The notes under the pieces: model-generated
Told to the model about the DNA's origin: nothing
The model's database searches: none
What the model saw: only the letters and a program-made list of their open reading frames with translations
Part shown: positions 14,385 to 27,400 of the stretch, piece after piece
Layout: each line of letters opens with the position of its first letter
How positions within the stretch are numbered: the stretch's first letter is position 1
Program-made: the position numbers and the translations under genes
From: Magallana gigas
Taxonomy: Eukaryota
NCBI RefSeq assembly: GCF_963853765.1
Contig: NC_088857.1
Location: 39,432,001 to 39,496,000, forward strand
Length of the DNA stretch: 64,000 nt
Direction of reading: 5' to 3'

Positions 14385-15372
14385 TCACCGTCTGCTTGTT
14401 GTAGGGACAGCATTCTGCTGATTTGGATTTGGTTTTTTTGGTTGTTCAAAACTCTCCTCTTCTTCGCTAGTGACCTCCTCTTCACTCTCTTCTTCACCAT
14501 CGCCATATAGTCTTGCTCTGATATTTTCTAGAATATCTTCCTCATCTCCATCCGCGTCAATGTTATGTTCCCTCAAGATAGCTTTAAATGATAAAGCATA
14601 TGATAGACAGTTTACAGATGTTAATTCTTTTATCAATCAGTTATTGATTTATTTTCGTTTATTTATCTTGTTGGTTTGTTCCATAATAACTCTTACCTTC
14701 AATATCGCGCGCGCAAACGTCATGGTTTTTCTTACACCTTCTTCCAAATTTGCAAGATCCCTTGACGAAAAACTCGCAGAGATGTAGGTATGGACAGTCA
14801 TCCCTTTCACATACTCTTCGTGTGTAGTAGAAGCAAAGCTTCAAATCAACAGGTGCCTCTTGACTGGCAAAATCAGCAGATTCTTGCATCCTCTTTTTAA
14901 GGGCGGTAATGTCCAGAGACAGCAAGTTATGGTACTGCCGTACCTTTCTGTTGTGTTTGGAATCCAAAGAATGGGGATACGGACATGGTGCCCTTGTTTT
15001 CCTTTTTGTATGGATACAGTTGTCCATCATGAAGTATCTACAAATGTGTAGATCTTTGCATTGAGGGAACCCTGGACAGTTCCTTACGTTATTACAAATT
15101 TCTATGGAAAGACGGAGCGAAACTTCGGGATCCTCTCTCGCACCTTGGAATTTGAAAGAGTCAGGGTAACTCTGTAAAATCTTGTGAAGAGTTATCGGTT
15201 TTAGTTGAAGGTATTTACAGCTAGGATCGTTCCTGATTGCTAGTGCCAATCCGGACAAGGGCATTGCAAATTCCCGAGCTAGAACATGCTCTGCTACTTG
15301 TTTGATGAACTGAGAAAACGTCATAGTTGGTGAAATTGCCGAACTCCATTTATCATATCTAACATGAGCCAT
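14385..15372 (-). CDS. ZAP (ZC3HAV1)/PARP12-like CCCH zinc-finger protein, short form without WWE/PARP (about 290 aa)
   Basis: Exon 15372-14697 (225 codons + 1 nt, GTAAGA donor), 115-nt intron, exon 14581-14385, joined as ...CARDIE-A-ILREHNID... The N-terminal helical segment (ILQSYPDSF) is followed by four fingers in the ZAP arrangement: C-x5-C-x5-C-x3-H, C-x7-C-x10-C-x3-H, linker SLDSKHNRKV, C-x7-C-x4-C-x3-H, C-x7-C-x5-C-x3-H. An acidic tail follows. The 3' end is ambiguous: a GTGATT donor at 14388 could splice to exon-like segments 14058-13976 and 13429 onward, which add only a few residues. Confidence 0.88.
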
Positions 15373-17532
15373 AATACCGACAATAATGGCCTCCCAGTGT
15401 TTTGTCCTTTTAGTTTTCTTAAAGGTTAATTGTTTTTGTTACTTTTGATACGAATTTATAAATCCCAAATAAGTATTGCTCACATTATACAGAAATGAAG
15501 AAATACGGATCACACCTTCGCAGAAATAAAACAGAAAATGCAACACAATTACTAGTTGTTTTGCTTCCGTATTGGAAAAATCCCCGATTTAAAAATAACT
15601 TGCAGCGAATTCTACTTTCACTTTTGAAAAATCGTTATCAGATTCATTCAAAAACGACCCATATACTAACTCTGGTATAGATATCAAATCAAAAGGACAC
15701 AGTCAATTATACAATTAAGATAAACATTTTTCACGCTTAGAAAATCACCCCAATAAAAAAAAACCACAGAATATAAAAACTCTAATGCATTCGTGTACAA
15801 ACATGCACAGTACTTTAATAAGATGAGGTCATTCTTCGGTGGGTTATGGCAGGATAAAAACCGTTATTGAAAATAAATTATAAACATCTAAAACGTTGCA
15901 AATATATTCACAGATACCACAGACATTTTCATTTACGAACAGCAAACGTTTAACTTTACAAAGCTAACAAGTATACGTACTTTATGAAAATACAAATAAA
16001 TCATGTGATTTTATGCAGCTGGAATTAATTGAGCTTAGCTGTAAACCCGTATGTCTGTTAAATTGCAAAAATTAGTGTCAATTTACTCCACCTAACTCAG
16101 CCCTGAAACCGAGTACATTTTAAGTTTTGTTTTCAAAATCAACAAATTTTATTTTCAGAATGTTTTTGTTGTACATGCACTTCAGTGAGCACATACTCGG
16201 AGAACGGAGTACAAGTTTGAGAACCAGTATGGGATGAGTTTTATAACATTGGGGCCTGGTAGAGCGGACAAGTTCTTATGAAGCTATGTTTGCTTTTATC
16301 TAAAGTCTTTATGTGATAAAAGATATTTAATTTGGGGGACGCCAAATCTTTAAATGTAATTGGAATTTAAAAAGTTCCCCTTTTGATAAATGGGGGGGGG
16401 GGGGGGGGGGGGGGTTATTAAATTTTGTTTTCATAGTTGTAGTATTTCAAATATTAAAGAAAGTATTTACATTCTGTTTTTATTACAAACCGTTGTCGGA
16501 AATATTTGTAATATTTTCACAACAAAAATAAACTCAATTGTAGTGTAAAATGTTAAGAGATTGTTCTTAATCAAAAAAAAATATTCCATGGCCAGTACAT
16601 GTTACTCAAAAAGAACGTCATTGAGCTACTTTTTGACAGTGAAAAATAACACTTCAATCAACAGATCAAAGGTCTATAACATACAATAGACGGTCAGTTT
16701 GTCATTATCGGGATTTTCCTTTGATTAACAGTACTGTATTTTTAGTTTATGGTAGTTTACATTGTGGTATATTATATCGTATTTTGTACTTTGTCTTTTA
16801 TTGCATTATTTAACAAATGACTTTTCTTATTACTTAATTCATACCTTGAGTTGTATTGTGTCAAACGGAACACCACCATATCAGTTATCCATAAATACTA
16901 TAAAGTCCCTGAATTTATTTATTTCTGTATGCAGCCTTTAAGAAACATCAAAGTACTCATCATAAATCGTTTAAGGTAAGGAGCTTTAATTGATTGTCTC
17001 GGTTTATTTTCTTTACTTTAAACTAACGTGTAAACATTAAAAAACTCATGTTGGTACCGCTGTATCAACTGCACGTTAATATCTAACGCATATATAGAAT
17101 TACTTAATTCATAATTTATTTAACATTCGCTAAAGTCTACAGCCAAAGGAATGAGATTCCATTAGACATGATTGTATGTAGTACCTTTTCAAACGACTAG
17201 TTAAATAAATATACACAAAGTCTTCCATCATTTTAATAACTTTCAAACAAGAGGGATTGTAGTTCTCATATTCTGAACAAAGGCGATAGTAAGGATATGT
17301 TTTACTGTAATTATTGCCCCAACTTCGATAATTTTTCTAACACTAATACAGCAATAGGTGTATAGACCTAAGTACAGCAGACGACTTGAGCAAAAACTTG
17401 ATTTTGCAGATTAGGTTTCGCTATAATATGAGGTGGAAGATAATTGCTTAGATTTTTTTGACAAATAAATCATACTTCTGACCAAATATAAACTCCTAAA
17501 TATGAACAATTAAGATATTTATGATCTTTGTA

Positions 17533-18377
17533 TCACCACTCTACAATGTAATAGCTGTCTGCGTTTTGCCGTGTGTTTCCCGAGGTCGAACTCAGTTCAA
17601 ATATCTGAGGTCCATGTCCGCATATTTGTACTGATATCTAAGAATAAAACGAGTACAGTACATTAGAATACCATAGCAAGACATCTGTCCTAATAATACA
17701 TATTTGTGGTAATTTCTTAAAGCAAGAAGAAGTAAAAGAAGTAATAACTCTTTAAATATACATATAAGTATACATATTATTGGATTCGAATGTTCATAGC
17801 AGAAAATATTTCGTTCATCTTAAAAAATTTCGCTCACATTGAAAACGCTCAATATATTCAAATTTTGATAAACATTATCATAAAACTGACATGAATTATC
17901 AGCTATACAATCCGGTTAAAGATAAGATACACATTATCTTCGGATATTTTGGCAGTTTTTTCAATTTTCTATCTGGTAACAGTTAGTTTATAGTGATTAT
18001 ATGTTACATTGATGATTTCTTTAAAAAAAAAAACTACAGATGATTACATGTTCTCAATGAAATTCGTTTCGAAGACTTGTCTGACATTATTCTCAAAAGA
18101 GAAATTAAATAAAATTACTAATCTTTGAAACATTATTTAGTGGTTACCTCAAATCCTGTTGCTGTGCATTTAAGAAATACACCCGAGAGTACAGTGCCGT
18201 CAGAAACGTATTGTCCAAACAGAAACGTTGCTACGGGTGTATACTTGGGGATTTGAGCACAGTTCTGCATTACCTGTTGCAAAACAAATTAATTGTATAA
18301 TAAATCTTTATTGGTTTGCTAGGTATGTCGCATTCGTAGAAAAAAAGTACATTTTGATGATTTATAAAATCTTCATA

Positions 18378-18410
<33 letters not shown>

Positions 18411-21400
18411 GGGTCTTCCGTCCGATTTTTGAATAGATTAGATTAAACTTATCACTTCAAAGATAACATCGTAGATCTAAGCGAAAAATAGTAAAAAAAA
18501 AAAAATTGCGGCAATCGGGGCTTGAACCTAAGTCACCTTGGCCATGCCCACGACTATATCGACTGAGCTACTCAGACTCTCGATTCAAAACTTTGACGCT
18601 TAATTTCTCGAGAATGCCTGAATTACATGAAAGCACCTTGTTGCGAGCAACAAGTGGGTCTTTCGTTTGATTTTGAATTGATAGGGTTCAATTAAACTGT
18701 TGACATTTGGTAAGATTTACTAACATATTAACTTCCTTTTAAACTAATTTTTCAACCTACACTGCGAAATGCAGATTTCTGGAAAACGTCATTTTTAAAC
18801 TTCAATATCTCTGCAATGCATTGTCCGATTTTAAAACGGTTTTCAGTTTTGTATTCAGTACAAAAATGTCAACAAAACGCATATGCTTTAAAATTCCAAA
18901 AATCGAAATATTAGTATTACTTCCGGTGACGACCGGAAGTGACGGACGACCTGCTCATATTAAAATTTGATAAGTTTAAAACATATTCTGATGGGAAAAA
19001 AATTGTAAATTATTTGATTTAAAAAAATTTTAAAACACAATTTTCCAAAAATGCTGTTTGAGCGGACCGGAAGTGACGGACGATCGTAGTTTTACCTGAT
19101 CGGCCCTAGAAATTCAAAAATCTATCATTCCTGAAACTTTCAATTTTCTATCTTTAATCGTTTTTGCGAAAAAGGGAGGACAAGATCACTTTTTACAAAT
19201 AGAAAAACGAATATAACGGCCGACCGGAAGTGACGTCATCAACAAAAATGTACATGATAAAAGACCTTGATATTTTGTATTATTCGTGAAATTTTCATAA
19301 AAATCCATTGAAGCATATTTGAGATATTTGAGTTTTAAGAAAAATGTTAAGAAAAAAAAGAATAATAATAGTGAAAAATAGAGAAAAAGAAACCTAACAA
19401 AAACAATAGGGTCTTCCGTTGGAAACGGAAGACCCTAATAACACAGATATAGAATGATGATAATCCTTTTTAAAAGATATAATCAAGTTCCATGCATAAT
19501 TATCCTTGAAGCATATATGAAGAAAATTACTCTTTTAATCAGAGTTTGAATAATTTTAAAAGATACACAAATTACTTAAAATCATCTTGTATGTACATGT
19601 ATTGTATAACATAATTAACCTATGTCACAATATGACGCACATGCAAAACGTATTAATTCGCTCGATGTTACGTTTAATTTTTTTCTTCTATCAAATTAAT
19701 GTCATTTAAAAAAAAAAAGTAATGAGCTTCAATCATAGAAAATCGATCTGTAATGAATGAATCTGAAATCAGTCAACCTTATACGAGTTTATAAAAACCT
19801 AGAACAGTTTACTCTATTATAAACTGCTTTGCATTGTATAAAATAAAACTGTCCAAGGTTATCTTGTATACCTTAGTTAAAGCTATACACGCTATAATTT
19901 ACGTCAATTTTGAATGACAGTGAAAACGCATGTGTTTGTCTACTTATAAAAGTTATCCTTAATCTGTAAATTACAATGGTGAATTCCATCTCGTTACAAA
20001 GATATAGATTTTTAATTGTTTATTTTCCTGCCAGGAAAATATACCTTTTCATGAATATTGATGAAGGAAGAGCGAAACCGACCTCATTGCGCATGTCCGC
20101 GGAGAACTAGGTGGTCGTTATTGTTTGCCTAATTAAATATCCAACTTGATTTTTAATATGCTTAACAGTTGTTAATTTGAAATACATACATGTATAATGA
20201 GTAAAATACGTTTTGGTCATTCACGATACCCTTACTTCTGCATTAACACTTATAGGATCTATAAATAGCACATAGGGGGAAAACACAGGTCTACGTCATT
20301 TTTTACAGGAAGTATTCATATCTACTCACATGCTTGTATTTTTTTCTTTTGTTTGTACTCGTATATCGGACAAATTTATGCTTTACTGAAAATAGCCTTT
20401 CCTTTGTGAAACTATCACAATTATGAAGATGTTGACCCTTCACCAGTTGTGGTATGATAGACTAAATTTAGCTGTCGATATCACGTGATAGATTGATATT
20501 CACGAGGAGGCATTACTTTCCTGGCAGGAAAATAAATATTTTTTATTGTTTAATATTTGATATATTTGTTACGTGATCGAATTGAGCATCATAATTAATA
20601 GCATAAAGGTAACTTTTATTAGTAATCAAACACATACATTCTCCCCTTTATTCAAAATTGACGCAAATTATTGCGTGTATAGCTTTAACATTTGATCTTA
20701 TTCCTTAAAAAACCCACAGGAGTATGCATAAATGATTTAAACGATAAAGAATCAACATTACCATTGTTACATCGATCAAAAATATTACATATGCCATCAT
20801 AAAGGTAAACTCTCACATTAACTCCTTGTGTCCACGTGCTTGGCGAACTAGCTTCACACGTTCTAAGAAGGAGAGCTTCTGACTGTGAGTGCATGTTGTC
20901 AGTACAAATACCAGCATCGGCGTGGGTCAGTGGAACTCCAGTAGCCAACGCCCGAACAAAGAGAAGGGGGTCGCACGCTGCCGCTAAAATAACCGAAAAA
21001 ATGTCTTACACAACTTTCGCTAAAATAACAGAACAATCGTTTTTCAAGGCATTAATATACAACTCATAACAAAGAAAATCCTCTCCATCCACAAAACAGC
21101 GGTTTCAACCCAGGACTACTATATAATATGTAAATATTTGAAAGAAAAATCCCAAATTCTGAGAAACCTTTTAAATGACGAATCAGTCCAAGAATAATAT
21201 TTTACCATGGCTTACATGTTCATGTTGTTGCATGTATCTATGATCTAATTTTACATATGAAAATGTATCGATAATTGAAAAGTCAAACCATTCTCTTTTT
21301 CCCGCAAAATTTAAAACTTTGGTGAGACTTACCTTGGTTAAGTCGAATTCAGATTGTAATTCTATGAGTCATAATGATCACTGAAGGGATTATGTGAGAT

Positions 21401-24400
21401 AGTAGTAACCCTTAGTATTTAAAAAAATAACATTTGGTCGATCATAATGCATTGGTTATTATCATATTCTTTTCATTATACCAGTACATAAAATTATACA
21501 TTGTCTGAAATGCCCCCATTGCAGGGAGTGGTGGGAGGCACATAATCCCTTTATTGATTTTTTTTGGCTCATAGAATTACAACTTGACTTCGACTTAACC
21601 AAGCTAAGCCTCGTCAATTTGTAAATTTCCTCATGATCACTTCCAGAATTTTGTGAGACTTTAAAGCGCATTATGATCAAATGTTGAAAAAATAATAAAT
21701 ATATAACATGATCATAATACTGTTCTACCCACAATAAACTTGTCTCCTAATTTATTGTTTCTTTTTTATTATTATCTTGTGCGGCACAGCTGATGTGATT
21801 CGTCTTTATCCACAAGGATATCTTTTTCATAAAATTTTGAAAATAGTCCTGCGTTAGACCATTAAACTTTTCTTTATATTTCACCCACAGGTACAGCTGC
21901 CAATTTTGCTTTTGATACGGATGCCGATCTAACACTGTGAACCGAATACGTCTGTATTGACTCCAGAAATGTTCATCATCATTTTATTCCACCGTAATAC
22001 TGTGTCTCTTGTGACTGCTTTGTGAGGTTTAGTATAACTTACTAAAAGTTCTTCATTCTTATTAATGCAGTTCTTGATAAATATTCCTTCACCACAACGT
22101 ATATACAAAGTCTCCTGCCTGGAGGGTGTGCTTGCATATGTACAACATGCGTTTTCTAACATGGTCTGGATTGTTTTAACAGTCTAGAAAATTCAATAAT
22201 ATATTCATTAAAACATGTCTCATATTACTAATATGAATAAAATGAATTGATTGAGCTTGTGTCGATTTTTTTAATGCAATTAACATTGTCAACTTTAAAG
22301 TTAAAATTTTTAAACTTAAAGTCTTCACGAGAGACCATTTTCTGAATTGTTGAAGTACTAACGATACCACCCACGTCCATGAATCGCTAGGTCTTGCTGG
22401 TCGAATATTATAAACTCCTTTCATATATCTTTTGACAAGGCTTTTTGATCCCACACTGATATCATCTAGTTTTATATCTAAAGCTGATAAAGCTCCTCTA
22501 GCTGTGTTTATAGAGCTATAACTAAGTCCATTATTACAACGAACAGTCAAACATTCAAGAGCGTTATTTATAGATGGTGAATATGGACCATTTTTCCGTT
22601 TAGGTGCTCCAATATTTGTTTTGTATCAGATTCTCAAAAAACTCAAACCAAAATATATTACAAGCATCTCGAAATAATTTATGTGAATTATTTTTTCTTC
22701 TTTTCCATTTTCCACCTATTTCGATATTTTCATGATCATACAATGTATATATGTGGCTTCTCAGCCCATCAATGATGCATCAGTCTTTAACGTTAGAAAT
22801 TAGTCTAATTTCAGACTGAATATTAGGGCACCACCTAGCAAGTTCTTTTTTCATTTCATCATTTATTGACATTATTGCTTCAAAGTTTCCTTTTGCTTCT
22901 TTTCATTGTTTCTGATTCTAACAATATGTAATGTAATTGTTCCAACTCTGTCGCTGCAAAAAATTGAATTAATGAGTCCAGTGACTCGAGCGACAATACT
23001 TATTTCAGCATAATTTTTGTTTATCAATGAAAAAATTCCTCATAAATCATTTCTTTTTTCTCTTCAGTCAATTCAACGATCATTCACTCTGAATTTATTA
23101 TGTTACCCGAAAAAGTAATACTTTTATTAGGTTCAAATTGACTTTTCTTTTCATGAATCACAAAAACTAATCATATTTTCAAGATATCTTTTTGTAATGT
23201 CAACATTTTTTCTGCACTCTTCTACAGTATCTTCAAAGAGTAAGATATCATCAATGTAGGTCACACTTACATAACCTTACGTTCAGGGTTTTTCAAAAAT
23301 AGGTTTGAGAACTTTTGAACTGCTGAAGACAACCCGAATGGTAGGCAGGTATATAAGGAATAAAGAATCGTTCTATTCTTTGAGTATTATGAGGTGATAA
23401 CTTTTGTCGGGGCGTGATCGAATCCAATAAAGCCCGAAGTGCTGTTATTGTATTGTAACTTGTGACCGATTTTGCTAGTCTTCAATTTCTTTAGCTGTTT
23501 TGGTAATATCATCACCGAATAGCCATGCTGTATATGTGACAAATTGTTCACACAAATGCAAGTATTCATATCCCAGTTCTGGTTTTATGAGGTCTCTTCT
23601 TGTCATATCCATTTCAGTGGCGTCGGAAGCAAATTGAAAGTGGGTGGGGGGGGGGGGTATACCTATAGTTCCCAAAAAAATTTCTTACCTACCAAAATTT
23701 TTTCCCCCCTAATCATGAAATTAGGGAAAAGGGGGGGGGCTAGTATACCTTTAACTCAAACTTCTAAATATTTCAATATGTTTTCTAGGTCAATTTCAGA
23801 TCAAATATGTTTACTGCGATAAAAAGTGGAGGGGCTGAAGCCCCTATTATGCTATGTGCCTAATGGTTAGGTCTAACTTTGCAAAAAAAGTGGGGGGGGG
23901 GGGGGTTAACCCCCCGGTTCCGACGCCTATGCATTTGTCTGTTTGCATGATCAAGCAACTCTAGGCTATTTTTACACCCATCCACGATCTTTTCTAATTT
24001 CTGCTTTTGTGAATCATCTACCTCCTTTTCTAACACTGCTAATTTATCAGCCACTTTAGCAAGAATAATTGCAGCGATTTCTATGCTCTGCATTTTTCTT
24101 TCATTGGTTCTTGCTTCTGGGGATATAATATCCCACACAACATGATTTGTTTTCACAACTTTAATACCTTAACAATTGTCTGGTCTTGCATTATTTTCAT
24201 CTTTGATAAGATATTATCGTAAGACATTGTTCCTCATTCATTCCGTTTCTGAATAGATCAGTTATGTTTGAAGCTAGAGTTTCATCTAATTTCACATCAC
24301 ATATTTCTCTGCTTTAAATCTTTAACTCATATTTGAAAACCGACTCTGGTTTCCCTGAACAGTTTCTCTATCTGATCAATCTTTTTTTCTTTTCAAAGAC

Positions 24401-27400
24401 GTATTATCTGAATTTTTAAAATTATTTTAGACATGTTGTACATTGGAATTTTCGTCATATGTTTGATCATCATCAAAACATTCAAAATCATTATCGTATT
24501 GCGACTCTTGCAATTCATTTTCCATATTTGTTACTCAAGCTACCAAATTTTCGTCTCGTTTCTTTCGGTTTTCAAGTATTGTACTTAATATTGTCATCAT
24601 TCGTTTGCATTTTCTGTACCATTTCTTTCGTTGTGGACCTCATCCAATTCATAGGGGTTTTTTTTCCAAACGCTTTCATTCGTAGCACCTACCATGCTTT
24701 TTCTTTTCCTTCGTCGCTTGAGCATCAAGTTTCGAACTCTTTTTGGTAACTTCTAAACTCATCTTTACGTTTCTCCATATCTAATTCTTCTTAAAAACGT
24801 GCGTTACTTCGTAACTGTTTCTGTTGTATCATTTGTTTTGTCCTATTTTCAAACATGCCACAAAGAAGTCGCAAACACTGGTTTACGGCAGTTGAAAAAT
24901 AAATACAAAACTCCTCAAGTTTTGTTCAGTTATGACCGTGTCTAAATTATTGCTGGTAGAAATAATTAAGTTAAGCCCGTTAACTTAGACACAACTTTTG
25001 GTAGCACATAAAAGAACAACGTCCTTCCCTTGTCGTTACTTGTACTACACTGTTGTTGCACATATTTACTACTGTCTTACATAATTCCAGAAGTGATTAT
25101 GACGAAACAGAACTTCCTTTTCCCACCTAAGATTTTAAATTTCTAAAGTCCTAGATGCTGGATTAAAATTCATCGAAAGAAGGATCTCAGATTCTAAAAT
25201 TTTCAACTCACATACAACGGAGTACGAGCATGAATAAATAGGAAAAAAAATCAATTAAAATCCTCTTATCATATTTCGTTCTTTTTGAATTTACAAAAAT
25301 GATTTTGGAAAACTATGAGTCCACTTACACACATTTAACATCGGTAGAGTAGTTGTGGGTATCGGTGTTGTCGTTGTCGTCGTAGCTGTAGTGTAGCGAG
25401 CTGTTGTTGTTGTTTTGGCATGCGTCACATGGTGTGTTGGCTGCGTTGCAACGGTTGCAACTTCATGTGGATAACCAAGAATGTCTGAAAAAAATTATTA
25501 ACACATATTGTGAAAAGCAAATCTTAGTTAATATCCTATTTAAAGGAATCCTTGAAGGACAGTACTAGCCTGAAATCGGTACCAATAAAAACTAATTTAG
25601 TAAATGCGTTACAACCTGGAGGTCGATCGACAAAATATTGACTGACAAACAGACAGAAGAACAGACGTAAATTAACTCAGCATCGTTTGATAAAATACCT
25701 ACTTTCCAGCTCCCACAGTATTTGGGAAACACAAATCAAATTCATATGGTGAAGCATATCTCTCTTGTAATGTTCAACTGAAGAGAAAGAATTTCACAAT
25801 TATAATAAGTCAATTTTATGAAGAAAATAGAAAAACAAACCCAAAAAGTGACTATAAAAGGAAAACTAATAAATATCCAACTGTCTTTATAAACGTTATT
25901 TTATTGCCTGAGTTGTACAAATTTAACTAAGTATTAAATATAACATCGCAGTCTAATTGAAAATTATTTTATATGAAAAAGGACAGGACAATTTTTAGAT
26001 GTTTTGTTGTTTTAAAAGGATGAAAAGAAAAAAAATTCAGTGGGAGATAATTTAATTACAAACATAGATCATATTTCCTAATGACACTGACATACTTACG
26101 AGTCACCTAAGTTGATTGAACTTTCATATAATAAAAAAGATTTAAATAAATACTTACGTTTGTCACTGAAATGATGATCTATATGACCATGCGCTAAAGA
26201 GAAAACAGATGAAAAAACTCCATATATATATTTCTGCAATTGTTTTGTTTATGGAATTACAAAGACAGGTTCTGAAGCTGTTATTAATGGAATCTTGAAA
26301 TACGGTTAAAAAATCAGTGAGAACATCGATGTCATGGACTGTTACCTCTTTTTGCTGGAATGGCTTGAGGTGGTTGCTTATTTTGCAAGGCATACAAAAG
26401 CATATCAGCGTAAAAGTCTTTGGAAACTGAAATTTATCGAAATGTAAACAACCCTGAAATAAGTGTTCATTTACTATTTTGCTTTTGGCGTATATTTAAA
26501 CACATCGCGAGTGGACTATTCTACAACAAAAGAAAACACGAAAAAAGTAATGTAACTGCTGCTTTCAATAATATTCTACTTACCGTTTAGTTCTGCATTA
26601 TTCGCGTCGTGAACAAGGTGAGAAAATCCCTTTATAATCTCTACAAATAAAGTAAAACTAATGAATTATATACTGGTAATAGCTGTCACTCTCAATTTAT
26701 TAAGACTATGTTAGAGAGGGCTTTTGGTTAAAGAATTGATAAATTTAAACTGTTCTATTTACAAACAGTGACATCATACATACATATATGTATATTCCCT
26801 TTTGTTCGGTTGGTTTTTAATATTCCCTGAGGATGTTCTTTTAGGTTTCGTTTAAATTATATAGACTTGGTATGAACAGAATATACAGGTAACACAATCG
26901 CAACTTCTCGGGCCTTTCCGACAGGCTCGGAAAAACACCTCGAATGTATTAACTCTGACTACTGGATGTTATTAGAATTTTATACAAAATGGAGTCGCTT
27001 CTAAATAAGATAAGTAAGTAATTTATTTATTTATAGTAACATGTGTATACATTTCCAAGTGTAATATCAACAATAGTAAGCATTGATTTAACACCCGGCC
27101 GTCGGGCCTATATGCTATTTTAAGGACGTTGGATCCTGCCATCAAAAGTCTTAAAGTTATTTCTAAAGTATTTTTTAAAAATCTACACACATAGCTTAAA
27201 TAAAATTCAAAACAAAATTTTGGGGTCTATATGCTTCATCTGGCGCTACTGTGTATTTATGAAATACTTTACATTTAAGAGTAAAACAAAAAAATGTAAT
27301 ATTATTTTTTTTTAAAGGCATAAAACATATATCTACATAATTTAATTCATAAAAATGGGCATGCTATTAATTCTATAAAAGAAAACTATCCCGCAGAAAC

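Larger units (their letters stand above)
21307..25107 (-). mobile_element. Decayed DIRS1-like tyrosine-recombinase retrotransposon in intron 5 of the amidase-like gene
   Basis: Gag-like fragments (VWDIISPEART...LLDHANRQM/DMTRRDLIKPEL..YLHLC...LFGDD); RT fragment YTCLPFGLSSA...VTYIDDILL (about 23350-23230); RNase H LKTDAS (about 22790-22770); YR region GLSYSSINTARGALS, LSLKILTLKL.MLIAL, SYTKPHKAV, HSVR, WSN...FSKFY (22550-21830). Many frameshifts and stops. Inverted termini 25066-25085 vs 21389-21408 (18/20 match), internal complementary region about 21539-21660, and TTT at both ends. Confidence 0.9.

Noticed and set aside
14470-15051. Plus-strand ORFs 14470-14787 and 14860-15051
   Set aside because: They are antisense shadows of the CCCH zinc-finger exons.
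18508-18579. Functional tRNA gene
   Set aside because: Only A/B-box-like motifs are present, the stems do not pair into a cloverleaf, and it lies within a repeat.
17533-20983. Bacterial contamination as the source of the Tae2-like domain
   Set aside because: The domain is split by GT-AG introns containing host-type repeats and is spliced to a eukaryotic signal-peptide exon.
22176-22550. Phage integrase or prophage interpretation of the tyrosine-recombinase ORF
   Set aside because: It is co-linear with gag, RT (YIDD) and RNase H fragments and ITR/ICR termini, so it belongs to a DIRS retrotransposon in a eukaryotic intron.
26092-26157. Second strong donor (GTAAGTATG) or 7-nt micro-exon downstream of exon 4 of the amidase-like gene
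   Set aside because: Either option shifts the frame, and the micro-exon would need an intron of about 50 nt. The simple model is already fully in frame.
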